A stretch of 64,000 bases of DNA from Nemertoderma westbladi (GCA_032718475.1 JAUCBJ010004830.1:26310-90309), one strand, 5' to 3'. Numbered from the stretch's first letter, positions 23,176 through 37,160 are shown. Numbers and translations: made by a program. Notes: generated by a model from the letters alone, not told the origin.

Positions 23176-23884
23176 TGCATCGTTGTTTCTTGTGTTTTAT
23201 TGTCACAGCTTTTTGGAGTTGACAACCAATTTTAATAATCTTCATCATGATCATATTAAATTATTAAACTATTTTTAATTGTATACATTCTAATTGCTAA
23301 TTTCTTCATTATTAATTACATTACCTTCAAGAAGTACAAATTGATGATGTTGAAGGGGTTCAACAGATATATGAATCTATGAGGATTCAATAACTTTCTC
23401 CCCCTCTTCAGCTACACATACAAGTAGACCATATACTATGTCCACCTCCATTGCAGAAGTTATTTTTTATAGACTAGAAATAGAAAAATAGATCAATTTT
23501 TTGTAAAACTAAAAAATTAAAAAAATTCATCAATTGAGTAAATCCAAATTTGTAACAAATAATGGTAGCATGGTTAAATATTCCACAGCAAAACAAAAGT
23601 TGTAACACATAATGGGTAGCGTGGTTAAATGTTCCACCACCGTACCACGCTCCCTCCCGTTTCACACACCTGTTTGATTAACTCCCTGGCCTGCCAGCCC
23701 TTTCATGCTTTTCTCATACCATACTTTCTCATATCACATTTGTTGCGTTTTGGGGTGCGTGTCTCTGGTTGTGGTATATGTTGACACTATTGCAGCGCAA
23801 AACAATAATTGTCCCAAATGAGGGGCCACCTCCTTGATGTTCCACATCACCATCCATGTGCATCCATGTCCAACCACAAAATGT

Positions 23885-24045
23885 ATTTCCCGACTGGGCC
23901 AGTCACTTTTGTCGCTTTACTTTTTCCTTGACTGTCCACTTTTCAGACAAACTCTACTCTCTCCCCTCGCCCCAATAATTGATATATTAATGACTGTATT
24001 GTGAACAAATATATCTCCACCACCTTGCCTTGGTCTGGTGTAATA
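23885..24045 (-). pseudogene. Cold-shock domain relic
   Basis: Hand translation: ITPDQG/GGDIFVHNTVI/YQLLGRGERVEFV*KVDSQGKSKATKVTGPVG, with a CAAGG duplication frameshift, a second frameshift and one stop. Confidence 0.7.
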
Positions 24046-24619
24046 CTCTCTGACATTTGGAAATATTTACTATAGTTACTAGGCAACTACTGTACTGTAT
24101 GTTGTGTAGCAGTGTAGGCGATTCCTTATATTATATTAATTGTTTTTTACTGTATTATACAAAGTTCATGCGCTTATACATAAACTGAGCCACAGTTCGT
24201 TGAAAATTCTTAAAAATAATACAAAGATGAAACTGATATTCTGAGAGTCAGAATTTATACTTTCGCCTTTAATCTTTTCTACTACAGTAGCTTATTATGT
24301 TGTGACCAAAACCGAAGCAAAGTTATAATATTCTTAACAATTAGGAAAATAATATTTACTAAAATAAATTGTCATGACTTCAATATAATTGTAATTATTT
24401 ATTTAACAGCAACAAATTATTCTCGTTTTTTGTTTACCAGAGGGAATATAATTTGCCATACACGAAACGTACAGAACAGAAATGCCATGTAATGAATATT
24501 TTATATATTACAATATAAGTATGTAGGTATATCAGTACATCGAGAGTATTAAAGGAAAAGTAATATCTTATATAGTTTTTCTGTAAGGTAATATATATAT
24601 CAACATTGGAAGGCGTTTA

Positions 24620-25015
24620 GGATGGTAAAAATACTATTAAATGTCCGTGTACAAACTCTTATAGAACTCTGTTTAGTCGAATTGGGGGTTCCACCATTAA
24701 GGTAATGGTAATTCTAAAGCCTAGGAAAAAATTTATTACATAAATGCTTAAGAACATAGATAAGGATATTCCTTCCCACCCTCCTGGTTATAAGTTACTT
24801 AATTATTCATTAGACTTTGATATTACAGACCCACTAGGTACTGTAAGACAGCGTATAATTAACAAACCGATGTCCGATACAAAATTTGTTACGTACAGGA
24901 GTATAGTAAAGTCATCTCTTTTACCACATCTTATTTACAAGGCAGAAAACTGTTATATACCGGACTATAGACGTATTGCTTTTACACGTATCAGGTTAAG
25001 CTCACATAGTTTAAG
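24620..25015 (+). pseudogene. LINE ORF2 C-terminal fragment
   Basis: LLNVR..LCLVELG, TKFVTYR, YIPDYRRIAFTRIRLSSHSL. Confidence 0.7.
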
Positions 25016-25538
25016 AGACAAGATCGCTAGAGTAGAACCCCGCAGGATATGCGAGTCTGTCATGTGCGACAGTCTGTCATGCTGTCAGCTGTACAGGACG
25101 ACCATCATGTTCTACTTCACTGTCCCATTTCCCCATAAGTGGGACCATTCTCTAAAAATGTAGTTTACAGTATGTTTGCTGCTTCCCTATCGAACTCATA
25201 TGGGGGAAATGCGATGATAGTTTGGTGCCACAGATGCCCGTAGGTGGGTATATCATCTCTGCCTGGCACAAGGGTTAATTATCTGCCACTTCTCCACCAA
25301 TTCGACCATCTTTCTTCTGTGAGAATTGTCGACTTTAATAAATTGTTTAGTCTTTTGTGTCGGGTGCATGGATTTGCACAGAATCCTCAATTCTTCTGCC
25401 ACAGAAACTAGACCATAGAATTCCTCCCACTTCTCCATATTCCTAGCTACACCATGGGGGTGCAAATTGATAGATTCCTTCCAATACGTAATCGCCCCCT
25501 CTCTCTGTACTCATGGAATGATTCTTGCGTCATCCAGC

Positions 25539-25854
25539 AGAGTTCCAACATCACTATAACGCCCACTGAGTACCACACCAAACACAATTATAGAGTTTCA
25601 ACATCACCATAACACCCACTGTGTACCACACAAAACACAATTATAGAGTTCCAACATCACTATAACGCCCACTGAGAACCACACAAAACACAATTATAGA
25701 GTTCCAACATCACTACAACACCCACTGAGTATCACACCAAACACAATTATTGAGTTCCAACATCTCTATAACGACCACTGAGTACCACACCAAACACAAT
25801 TATAGATTTCCAACATCACTATAACACCCACTGAGTACCACACAAAACACAATT
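25539..25854. repeat. 53-bp tandem repeat, 6 copies
   Basis: Unit AGAGTTCCAACATCACTATAACGCCCACTGAGTACCACACCAAACACAATTAT. Confidence 0.95.
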
Positions 25855-26285
25855 GGCTCATTCCATGTAAAGTGCGGGACATTCGTACGACTTTTTGTGC
25901 ATACTTTAGTACTGTACATCAAGAAAATGAACTAAAATATTATAATGCTTGTGTTTCTTAGAAAAACCAATTATCGGTTCTTTATAAAAAAGCAGTTTGG
26001 AAAACCTGCAGAAGTTTATGTCTCAGAATTATTGGTTCAAAAAATTGTAAAGTGCGGGACGCGTACGAAAGTGAAATTCCCAACTGTCAAATTCTTTGCT
26101 GAAGTTCAGCGAATTGAGTAAAGTTAGTGGGAAAACTTGTGTTCCGTGATGTTCCTAGATATGTAGGGAAAATAAATTAGCCTTTAGTAAGCTGGTAGGT
26201 AACTTCAATGAAACAGGGGAGTAGTTTAAGTGCAGCAAAGTCATGTAAAGTGTGGGACATTTCATTGTAAAGTGCGGGACACGTG
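25855..26285 (+). mobile_element. Possible DNA-transposon end with subterminal repeats
   Basis: Starts GGCTCATTCC; the motif GTAAAGTG(C/T)GGGAC recurs four times (about 25867, 26046, 26245, 26267). Partner end not found. Confidence 0.35.
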
Positions 26286-28299
26286 CGATTTTATCATTTA
26301 TAAACACATTAAATCGTTAATTATTACATTATTCCGAGTAAATCAGTGATAGTTATAAACTTGACAGTGAGATTGCTACATATAATTTGAACTTAAAGAT
26401 GAATGACAATGCAACTAACCCTAACCAAAATACTAAACCTAACCTACCACACTTTAGTTGGTCCTGTAAAGCCCCTTACTACTGCGTACATGTATACATG
26501 TGACTGCCTGTCAAGTAAATGTTCAAGTATTTAAAGCATACAATTCCACTGGAGGTCCGGCCAATAGTACAGTGCAAACTGCACAGTAGTTATGAGGCGG
26601 GTGGGGGGGGGGGGGGGGGGGATTATTTAATAGATATAATTATAATAGGCCTCCAACAAATAGGCTGTCCGGGCTTTATTACGCCATTCCAGCATTCCAA
26701 TATTGCGATACGTAACGTAACACAAAGTTTAACAAAGCTTTCCCTTTCTCAAAATTGGCCCCAGCATGAAAAAATGGCGCAAAACATTGCTCTGCCACTG
26801 CCACTGGCAATGTACGAACACCCCTAAATGGAGTAAAAAAACAAATAGAGGCCAACATAATTATAGTGCCTAATACTGTAAGTAAAACAGAAGAGTAGGC
26901 ACGACAATAACAAATTTGTTTGTATCATTTTATTGTAGCCTTACCCCTTACCCTAAGCCCTAGTACAGCGTGGCTCCTACTTGCTGTATTATTACCTCCA
27001 GGCAGTTCAATATTATTTAGTAGGCTTATGTAAAATTACCATTTAAGTGCACTGTAGGCCTAATGTAATACAGATTAGATAGCCAGATTAGACCTGGAAC
27101 TGTAGTCCACCCATAAAACCGTTATAGTAGCGTACCATGTAAGCGTAAGAGACTGAATGGGAGCTTTGCAGTAGGCCTACGCACCAGCCAGAGCCAGGAA
27201 GGGGTTAATGGTAGGCCTACAATTAGAACATTACATCAGTTGATCTAACTAGGCCGTAGCCTATATACAAAATAAAATACGGTACCAGTATGCACTTACA
27301 ATACAACTGACCTACCTACCGTCGTAACCGTCGGTTTGGATTTAACTGCAGGGTAAGTACCAGACACAATATTGCACAGAACATTACATCAGTTGATCTA
27401 TAACTAGGCCTGAAAATTTCAGTTTTTAGGAAAAATTTCCAAAAAAAACGTAATTTTTTTTAAAAATTTGACAATATTGGAAATTTTATTTTTAAAATGT
27501 TCTCCATGGCGAGCTGATTCCAAATATGTGGTTTTTAGAGGTCCCCAGCGTTGTCTTAATGCTCCAAGTTTCATTTAAACATTTTTTTCCCAAAAATATT
27601 TCATTTTTAGTAATTAGGGAAGCCAGACTTTTCGAACTAATCCGACCGCACTGAAAAACATTATCAGACATTCAAATACAACCTTCATACATCATAAATA
27701 TGAAAAAAAAATTGCACCTACTTGCACCACCCCTTCGCATAAGGAGCAATTCAAAAATTCCAGTTTTCAACATTTTTATATTATTATTGCATACATTTAG
27801 TCTTATTAATGCAATAACACATCGAATTCCTATCACTACTCTGAATACTTTATTGACCATGATCACTGTTGGTTATAATGATACATCAATACATACAACA
27901 AGTACATCACAATGCACTTACTAATGGAATTCTACTTCAGCTTAGTTGTTATTTGTGATCAGTGATTGGCTGAAAATTTAATCAGCTCTCTAAGCTGGAA
28001 TATAAAACAAATGGCCATAGAAACCAGGTTAGTTGCCTCTATGTAAAACTCTGTTGCTTACCATGATTAAATAAAGATTTTAAGAGATTTCGAGAAAATT
28101 TCTCTAGAAAATCATCACGTATAGACACCAACCGTGACTTAATAAATCGTCTACTTTTTTCATCAGACCCAGTAATAGCATCATATCGCCATATTCCCAC
28201 GAATATGAAACCAAAGGCAATCACCAGTGACGCTTTGGGTCTACTCAAGCCATTCGACAAAGATAGCATTTTTTCATAAGCTGTTGGCAAATGTAGTAA

Positions 28300-28553
28300 G
28301 CCACTTGGCTTGGGATCCAATAAGACTCCAACATTCTGGTTTTGGGCTTCCAGCATTAGGTCAAACAAAAAGCCAGTGGCACATATAGTATGCCACTTGG
28401 CTTGGGATCCAATAAGACTTCAACATTCTGGTTTTGGGCTTCCAGCATTAGGTCAAACAAAAAGCCAGTGGCACATTTAGTATGCCACTTGGCTTGGGAT
28501 CCAATAAGACTCCGACATTCTGGTTTTTCGGTTCCAGCATTAGGTCAATCAAA
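28300..28553. repeat. 92-bp tandem repeat, about 2.8 copies
   Basis: GCCACTTGGCTTGGGATCCAATAAGACT starts at 28300, 28392 and 28484. Confidence 0.9.
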
Positions 28554-28735
28554 AAGTAAAACTCTGCCTCCCTGCAACACGTTGACGTCATGGCAGAGGT
28601 TAATACTGAACATTTACTTTAGTTTACTAAGGTTGCAGGAAATTGTGCCACTTATGGAACATCTCAAAATTAATAATAATTATAAATAAATAATATATAA
28701 AAATAAATAATAATAGTAACAATAACAAATAATAA

Positions 28736-29135
28736 CAGCTTTGAAAACCTATAAATAACGAAAATAGCCCATTTCTATGAAGCTTTATGGAGATTTTGAT
28801 ATTTTGTGCCATGCTAAACACATGTGCCACATGCTAAAAGTGGCATCTATGTGCCACTAGAGAATTCTAAACCGTTTGTAATCGAATCAGCACCTTTGAA
28901 AACCTATAAATACCGAAAGTGGAAATTTTCTATGAAGCTTTAGAGATTTTAATATTTTGTGCCATGCTAAACACATGTGCCTCATGCTAAAAAGTGGCAC
29001 CTATGTGCCACTAGAGAATTTGAAAACATTTGTAATCGAATCAGCACCTTTGGAAACCTATAAATACCGAAAATGGAACATTTCTATGAAGCTTTGTTTT
29101 GATATTTTGTGCCATGCTAAACACATGTGCATCTA
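28736..29135. repeat. About 155-bp tandem repeat, about 2.6 copies
   Basis: TTTG(A/G)AAACCTATAAATA..TTTCTATGAAGCTTT..GTGCCATGCTAAACACATGTGC repeated. Confidence 0.9.
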
Positions 29136-29139
29136 AACA

Positions 29140-30440
29140 CATCTATTATCGGCTCAACGACCAGTTCTCTATAAACCCCTTAGAAAATGGAGTCCATTAA
29201 TCCATAAGGGTTTGATTTGTCATAGATCGAGAATCCAGACTGTCGACATAAACTCACAGTTTAGGTTCCCAGTGATAATCCCTAGTCACCCAATAGAATT
29301 GCAAAGAGCGATTTTATGGGATATACACAAGAGGTTGCATCACGCGGGAAAGTTACACTGTTTGTCGGCAGCGAGACAGTGATTCATTCTATTGCAGCCA
29401 AGCAGGGCAGTAGGCACTATGTATGACGCCTGTCTGGTTTGCAAGAGGGTGAACGCCAGAGTATTGGAACAGGAGATGGCTGAACTCCCGGAAGCGAGAG
29501 TGCAGGCATATGACCCACCCTTTACGAATACAGGGGTGGATTGTTTTGGTCCGATTGAGGCAAAGAGTGGACGGCTGACCCACAAGCGATGGGGCCTGCT
29601 ACTGACATGCATGGCTAGTAGAGCCATACATATTGAGCGTGTGGCAGACATGTCGACCAAATCTCTGCTCCTGGCCTTAAAGAGATTTATGGCCAGGAGA
29701 GGACTAGTAAAGGCGTTCTACTCCGATAAGGGTACAAACTTTGTCGGAGGGAATAGCGAGTTGAACGCGGCTCACAAAGCAGCACAGAATAAAGAAATTT
29801 CTGCAGCACTTTTGCCGCAAAGAGTAGAATGGAGATTCAATACTCCAGAAAGTCCTTGGAGAGGAGGAAGTTGGGAGCGTTTAGTTCGCTCTGTAAAGCA
29901 GGCCATTGCCAAAACGTTGCCTGTAAACAAACAACTTACCGATGACGAACTGGTCACAGCTTTCATCGAAATCGAGCATACATTAAACTCGAGGCCGATA
30001 GCTATGTTGCCAGACGGTGTTGCATTAACGCCGAATCATTTGCTAATGCAGAGTCCAGCATTTCTTGTGCCGGCATCAGAACCCATTAGTGCCGACCTAT
30101 ATAGTCGTAAGAGCTGGAAAGTGACACAATTAATTGCGTACACATTCTGGGAATATTGGCGGGAATACTATCTTCCCACCATATCTACCAGATCAAAGTG
30201 GTACAAAACGGTTCGGAGTCTCCAAAGGGGAGATTACGTATTGATAACCGAGCCGTTGTCAAGAGAAAATATTGGGAAACCGGTGTCATCTTGCACATAC
30301 ACCCAGACGTGCAAAACATAGTGCACACAGTCACTGTGAAAATTAGGTGCAAGTGTCCGCACCCAAAGAAGTGTAAAACTAATGGTTTACACACCTTGGA
30401 CCGACCGGTCCAAGATATTGTGTTATTAGAGGAGACACGC
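29140..30440 (+). mobile_element. BEL/Pao LTR retrotransposon integrase region
   Basis: PFTNTGVDCFGP, LTCMASRAIHIE, KRFMARRG, SDKGTNFVG, PWRGGSWERLVRSVK, LNSRP, LTPNHLL, FWEYWREYYL; frameshift near 30270 into the C-terminal domain. Confidence 0.92.
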
Positions 30441-32046
30441 ATCGAGACAGGAGATTATAATTTGTCTCCTGCCTCAATCAAAAATTAGTGTTGGACGCAA
30501 CTCACTTCGTATGCATTCCAACACAAACGCAAAATCGCAAATCGCAACGCAAAATCCAAGTATATGTCCATGTAATTTTAGATGTAATTTTAAACCATCA
30601 GGAATAATTGAAAACCATCCCACTAATAAAAAACGGTTCGTAGTAAATATACAAGAACCTCCCTCAGTCAGTCCTCAGGAATGTCAGTATTCGATTTAAC
30701 AACATTTCAATTCAATTCAACAATTCAATTTACTCTATTTCTATTTACAATACTCTATTTACTATTTACTCTATTTCTATTTACAAAACTCAATTTACTA
30801 AGTTCGGAATCTTTGAAAGTTTTCAGCTTGGCTGCTGGTGGCATTTCTTCCGTGGCTTTCTTCCGAACAATATATGCATGCTACTTATTAGACTTTGCTT
30901 CTGTATTTGAGATATGCAGTGCATACATACGGTACGTGCAGACCTCACAGGGACAAGGCTTTATAAATATTTGGGTTTTTATACATCACATCTGCGTTTT
31001 ATCGCTCCTGGCTTACGAAGTCAGTTCGTCTTAGCACCTCCCCTTTGGGAGGCCATATTCCTTCAATAAGTGCTGTCGCTTACTGCAACTTAGGTTTTAC
31101 CCTTCCTGGGTAATGATGCCAGTCCCAGATTATGTGTTCAGTGGGTCTATCTGGGGTCCGATTTCCCAGTTGGTTTGGTGGCCATTGTGATGCTGGGAGT
31201 AGAGGCACTCGTAGAGAAGTTGCATGCTCCTCATACCTTGCCTCTGTCACAAGCAGTAGCTTGTTATACCTTGTTGCTACGAGCAACTAGACGTGTCGAG
31301 ATAGGATGGATAGCGAACCATTGATAGTGGAAGTGGCGGAAGTACCGGTATTTCATATGTTTGAATCTTTTCAATGTGTATTACCAAAGTATCAACAGTT
31401 GCTGAAGTTTGAGAACCCGGAACTTCAGAACTAACTGTACCACTATTAGAGGTAGCCATATCCAGATATCTCACTATTATTGCTGTACTATATTCTGGTT
31501 TTAATACAGATCTATATATCTATGATACACTGCAGGCGTCATGTAGACAGGTAGGCTAGGTACTGGTCTGCCGGTAGTATATCAGTAGCCAGTACCAGAG
31601 TACTGGTACCGCTAGCCGTACCAAGAACAAGAAGAAGTAAGAAGAAAGTGTAGGTCTACACTACACTACAATGAACTGAGGTACCGGCTGTCCGGCAGTC
31701 CGGATCGATAGGCCTACAGCATACCGCATACAGCAGTACTGGCTGACTGGTACGGTACAGCGGTAAGACGCCCCACAACGCCTCAGGCTGACAGGCCTCA
31801 GACAGTTGGCCTAATCAATACATTATCAGACAATTCTGCACTGGTGAAAACAAGTTCCAAAACCCATAAGAAAAATTTCCTCTTGATTCTGCGTCTGGAT
31901 TCTGACTAAGGTTTCGCAGAGTTTCCAAGGAGATGCCATACTTTTGCAATGGAATGGTTTCCAATTGTTCGGATTTATTTGACCATGTGGATAATAGTGT
32001 TTTTTCAGCCGCAGGTAGAATATCACTCCCTTGTGACATTAAACGT

Positions 32047-32318
32047 TCAATAGCATCAGTAAGACACAATATAGACTAGAAAGGCCAGGCTGTAGCAGAC
32101 AGAGGAAGCTCTTGAAAACTAATTCAGTTTATTTTAATTAATTTTTAACAAAAAATATCAACTGGTGATAATTAATCATTACTCAATAGCATCAGTAAGA
32201 CACAATATAGACTAGAAAGGCCAGGCTGTAGCAGACAGGGGAAGCTCTTGAAAACTAATTCAGTTTATTTTAATTAATTTTTAACAAAAAATATCAACTG
32301 GTGATAATTAATCATTAC
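32047..32318. repeat. 136-bp tandem duplication (also present in copy 2 at about 42036-42307)
   Basis: TCAATAGCATCAGTAAGACAC starts at 32047 and 32183. Confidence 0.9.
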
Positions 32319-32319
32319 T

Positions 32320-33185
32320 ATCAGTTTTTTTCAAAAATACTCCGGCCCCATCTTCGCCCGCGACTTCGCCTGCGACTCCGGCCCCGTCTCTGCCCGCGAC
32401 TCCGCCTGTGACTCTGTTCGCGAGTCTGTCCGCGACTCTGTCCGCGAATCCACCCTCGACACCACCCGTGACTCCGCCCGCGACACTGCCCCCGACGTTC
32501 CCACCAAACAGATCAAATATATGGTCGTCATGCTGTGGGACAACCTGTGTCACGTGGAGGCTGGCTGGCTCCAGCACCCCATTGGGAGTGGCAGTAGACT
32601 TGACCCAGCCAAATATCTGCCACCCCCGATCTCCTTATGCCTCTAGCTGGTGTTGGACGAAGTCACGGACCTTGTATTCGTCCACTGATTGATTTTTCGA
32701 CTGAAAATGTAAATAATATTTGAAATATAAAAATTGAAACTAAATTTGTAATTTAAATTATCCAAATATTACGTTTTAATAATACAATAATAGCCATTAC
32801 AGTCCTGCTCTCGAAAAGCATTCCTTTGATCAAACATTGATCAAACTTTGATCAAACATTGATGTCATTAATGAAACGGCTCCCACAATGCCTCTGCCCC
32901 TGGCTCCCGCACCGCCTCCACCCCCAGCTCCCGTAATGCCTCCACCCCTGGCTCCTTCCTGCAATGCGCCGCGCCGCCCCCAGCCATGTAAACATTGAAT
33001 TGGTAGAGTGGGGCCACCGGAATCACTCACGTGATATGAACTCTGGCGTCTTCAGGTACACCATTGACCAAGGTAGTCAGTCGGCTTACCCCAGCCGAGG
33101 ATCTACCACCCTATCCCTCCGTATAATTCCAACTCATTGTTGACGTGGTCGCGGGCATTGAGATCTGGGATCATCCGTAGTTGCG
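32320..33185 (-). pseudogene. Two diverged copies of an unnamed about 60-aa GWxIxGWxK domain with Gly-rich tails
   Basis: RDHVNNELELYGG.GW*ILGWGKPT.LVNGVPEDARVHIT*VIP and RDFVQHQLEA*GDRGWQIFGWVKSTATPNGVLEPASLHVTQVVP, separated by a GT..AG intron-like segment at 32800-32701. Confidence 0.6.
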
Positions 33186-33722
33186 TTTGAAAATATTAAA
33201 CATAAGTTCATTATAAAATTAACCCTTTTGAGATCCTGTGCCCTATGCGGGCTACCACTTTTAGAGGGTACTGTGGACAAGCAATATAATATTTATATAC
33301 TGCCATCTGAAATGTCCCGTAATCCATATAGGAAGCCAATGAATAGCATGTCCATTTTTATGATTTTGTCACATTAGATGTTGACCAATTACTTCAATTT
33401 CTATACAGAATGGAATTTTTTGAATCTTATGGCTGAGCAGTACCATGCCACGGTGTCCGGACAATTGCGACCCGGACAATTGCGACCCATGATTTTTTGT
33501 TGCGGTTGGCCCTACATTATTCGCAATTAGATATTCTGGAATGTTTTGAATTAAAATTAATTGTTTTGTCATAACCTACATATATTGTTAACATTGTTCA
33601 TGCATTATTTTTTTACTAGCTATTATTGATTGTCCTAACTTTATAATTATTACATAAATATAAATTTAAAACAAATCAAAATTAAATCTAAAATAACCTG
33701 TTAAAAACCAAAAATAATTTTG

Positions 33723-35534
33723 CTAATGATGGGAAACTAATTCGAGTCTGATAGGGTTAGTCAATTTTTTTATCATCACGACGAAAATACGTGATATGAT
33801 AATGGCCATGAGGTACTGAACATAGAACAAATATAATGTGCAATCAATCCACCCTATGTCAAGTTTCCTCTGGGCCTCAATCACAGAATGAAGAATTTTC
33901 TCATCCTTCACAAGAAACATGGCATCTACTGGAGTCTTATCATGAAACTCAATCATTGAGTTTACCTCCTTCTCCTGTCTCTCTGGGATGACCAAAGGGT
34001 GGTAGTTTTGCAGAATCTCTTGATAGCCTCTCTGGCCAAGGAGATCTTGGATCGTAGGTGAGATGATATTTCATCTGCACCAGTTGATCCACATCTGAAC
34101 TGAAAGAACCACAGTAGGCACTTCAGGTGGCCATCTAAACTTTCACCCTTTGTGCCACATTTCTCACGCTCCTCTGCCATCACGAACTTCAACTGCCCAA
34201 TGTCACAGACTGTACAGTTCTATAAAACCCTGATCAGTGGTGCCCAACCGCCTTTGAACCTGGAATACAATAGTAGCAGCCATGTTAAGGTTTTGCTTGA
34301 CATATTTTTGACTGTTACGTTGATCCACCTCCATGGAGTCCTTCTATTTCTGGAGAACCTATACATGGGTCGGATCAAACCTTAGGTCAAAATCATGTAT
34401 AGCAAGCTTGCCCTTAACCGATTGCACACCCCAGTTATAGCCAGGTGTGACACCCTTCCCAACCACCTCTTCGCAATCACTATCATCGGATATTCATAGA
34501 TAGATTGTACCGGTACCTAAGAATGTAGCAGCTAGGCCTAGTGACACTCTGACATGCCTACCTTCAGACTTTACGACCCTCAAACTATAAACTAACTTAA
34601 TTAAATAACAATTACTCCAGGAATCTTAATCATGTAAAAATAAATAAATAAATCAATCAATCAATCAATCATCATCATCAATAACTCTGGGGCGTTTAGG
34701 AGGTGGTATGATCTCTCCTTCACTATCAGCATCATCTGAGGAAAAACAAAAATTAAAGTTCCTCCTACAACCTTTATCCTTAGGACAGAGTCGCACCTTG
34801 CAAGGATGACTGAACAAGGGGTGGTAGGGGAAGGCAAGTTTATCATTGAAGGTGATGCTGAAAGTGAAGGAAGATCTACAGAAATCTGCCCCTCATTAAG
34901 GTCTCCGTTGCCAATACCAGTGGGACTGGTTGCAGTTGCAGTACTGGTAATAAGTTGACTAGGCCTACAATTTGCAGCATAACATAACTGCTATTAGTGG
35001 TACTAGTAGTACCCTAACAGTGGTACTGATCGGCACACTAGACGGAGCTCTAGAAGTACCACTAATATCAGCTTGCAAAACCCCAGCACAAGCAATGGAG
35101 CCTCTGATACCACTACCTGCCTGACTTCCTATGTTTCTATATTTTATAAAGTCATTGCCTCTTAATGATATAACTTTGTTTAGGACACTCTTATCAACTT
35201 TTTTACCTAGCCGCGAAGTAACCCAATCAGACAATAATTTAGCCCCCTCCCCAACATTGTTTGCTCCCATAATTTGCCTAAATACTGTATAAATAGAATC
35301 TTCTAGATTATTGATGACCTTTGTAGATTTAGATTGGGACTGTGCTTCTTTAAATTCATGCATTCGTAGTTTGGATTCTTCCTTACTTAAATTATGAAAT
35401 TTCTGAAGATGTGTAGAGAGGTACTTCTGTGGCCTAGGGGTATCACAATACATATAGCGAATTGGTTTCAAAGGAATAACTTTGGAGGCTCCAGTGCCAG
35501 TTGGGGTAGAATCATCGGAATCAGAATAAGACAT
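33723..35534 (-). pseudogene. Zinc-finger plus helical-domain gene relic, possibly the N-terminal half of a tyrosine recombinase
   Basis: True ATG at 35534; YC..KYLSTHLQKFH finger, Ser-rich linker, ESLDGHLKCLLWFFQF and YLMAII..LTNPIR. Interrupted by a LINE 5'-UTR piece at 34505. Confidence 0.35.
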
Positions 35535-36464
35535 ATTAGATAAGAAAGAGTGGAGAGTGAAAAAAGAAATAATAAATCAAATTGCAGTTGAGGTGAAAGA
35601 TAACGTTAATAGAACAATTCGTAGATCATAGAAAATATAGATTGATGTAGAAATTGAGTATATCGAAGAAATAATATTTATAGAAGAATGCAAATATTGC
35701 AGTTGAGTTGATAAAATTCGTAGAACAATTCATAGATCAAAGTAAATAGAGATTGATATAGAAATTGAGTGAATGAAATTATTGCAGTTGAGTGGATAAC
35801 ATTCGTAGATCAAAGAAAATAATCAGTTAAGGTTGTATTAAATAGATATTGACAATATTAAAGAAATTAATATTTATTGAAGATTTTATTGAAGATATAT
35901 TTAATGAAATTAATGCAGTTGAGAGGTATAGAGAGGTTTAATATATATTAATTAAGAAATCAGTATATAGGCCTAAAATTATATAATTTTGCTAATGGTA
36001 ATCATGAGGATGAACAATCAATGAGGGTAATCATGGAATAATCCATACCTGAATAGGGTTTATATTCATGGACTACGCCAATATATGAAACAATATAATA
36101 TTAATAAATATTAATATAATATGTCCAAAATTGAAGGGAACAGTTTAACTGTTAAAAGTTTAACTGTCAGTGCTACAAAAATCTGGAACGCATCTCTTAT
36201 TACTCTAAAACAAATACGAAAACTAAAAACTTACATGGATAGCATTAAAAATCACTATTTTACAATATATGACCGTGACTCCATAACATAGCAACAAGTA
36301 ACTTACACAACTTAGAATATACTGTGATAAAGTAAACAATTAATGTGTGTACGTATGTGTGGGTGGTGTAGTATGTGTGAAATAATGGTGTTTGTAATTG
36401 TAAGTATGGGGTGTGTGTGTGTCTACGCGCCAATGTATTGGGTATGTATGCACAACATCAATAT

Positions 36465-37160
36465 GACTCCAGTGGATACCAGTAATGTAATTAGTGTAGG
36501 TCAAGGATTTGTCTGCCATACATGACGCTTATTCCCATAAATTATCAGCCGGGGCCACCCTCCATGCTGCATTCAATTATTTTACATATTTGAAGTTTTG
36601 GGAATAAAATAATTTATTATTATTATTATTATTAATAGGTTCATGATCTAAACCTAACTCACCCTCCAATTCTGCTAATTTCTCAAGCACTCCAATTTCA
36701 TGCATCTTTGTTTGTTTTGTTGTACATTTACTGTATACCGTATACCGATACTGAAGGTAATTGAGGAATACATTTTGTGCAGGAGTTTTATTATTTTGTT
36801 CCTGGAGGATGGACTGCATGATACGGCAATGCATTACTGAAAATGAAAGTATTTGTATACGAAATCCATTAGGATCTTTTGCTAGGTGAATAGCGCAAGA
36901 TTTTCTTCCAATTTCAGTACATGGATGAATAAGTAGCATCTGATCCTTACAAATATCTCTGGAGGAAAAGTTTGATTCACTATCATCAGTGCCCTTATAA
37001 AGGAGACGTTTATGGATATTATAGCAATCAGTTATGTCCATATATGTTGACCCATGTAAACATTCTCTCATCAATTGATTTTCTGGAAGTTCATAATAGT
37101 CCAGAAGTTCTTGAATATAAACATCTTCAAAATGTCGTCGTCCACTAGTTACAAATTTTA
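36465..37160 (-). pseudogene. Probable upstream segment of the non-canonical Rep-helicase protein
   Basis: ORF 36577..37074 (LHGSTYM, IHPCTEIG) has coding character and the same strand as the Rep-helicase; assignment is from recalled family motifs only. Confidence 0.45.

Larger units (their letters stand above)
31455..36460 (+). repeat. 5-kb direct duplication, copy 1
   Basis: From GCCATATCCAGATATCTCAC to CAACATCA; near-identical to 41433-46448 apart from scattered SNPs and short indels. Confidence 0.97.

Noticed and set aside
25040-25540. Coding-like minus-strand stretch
   Set aside because: Multiple stops and no motif I can assign.
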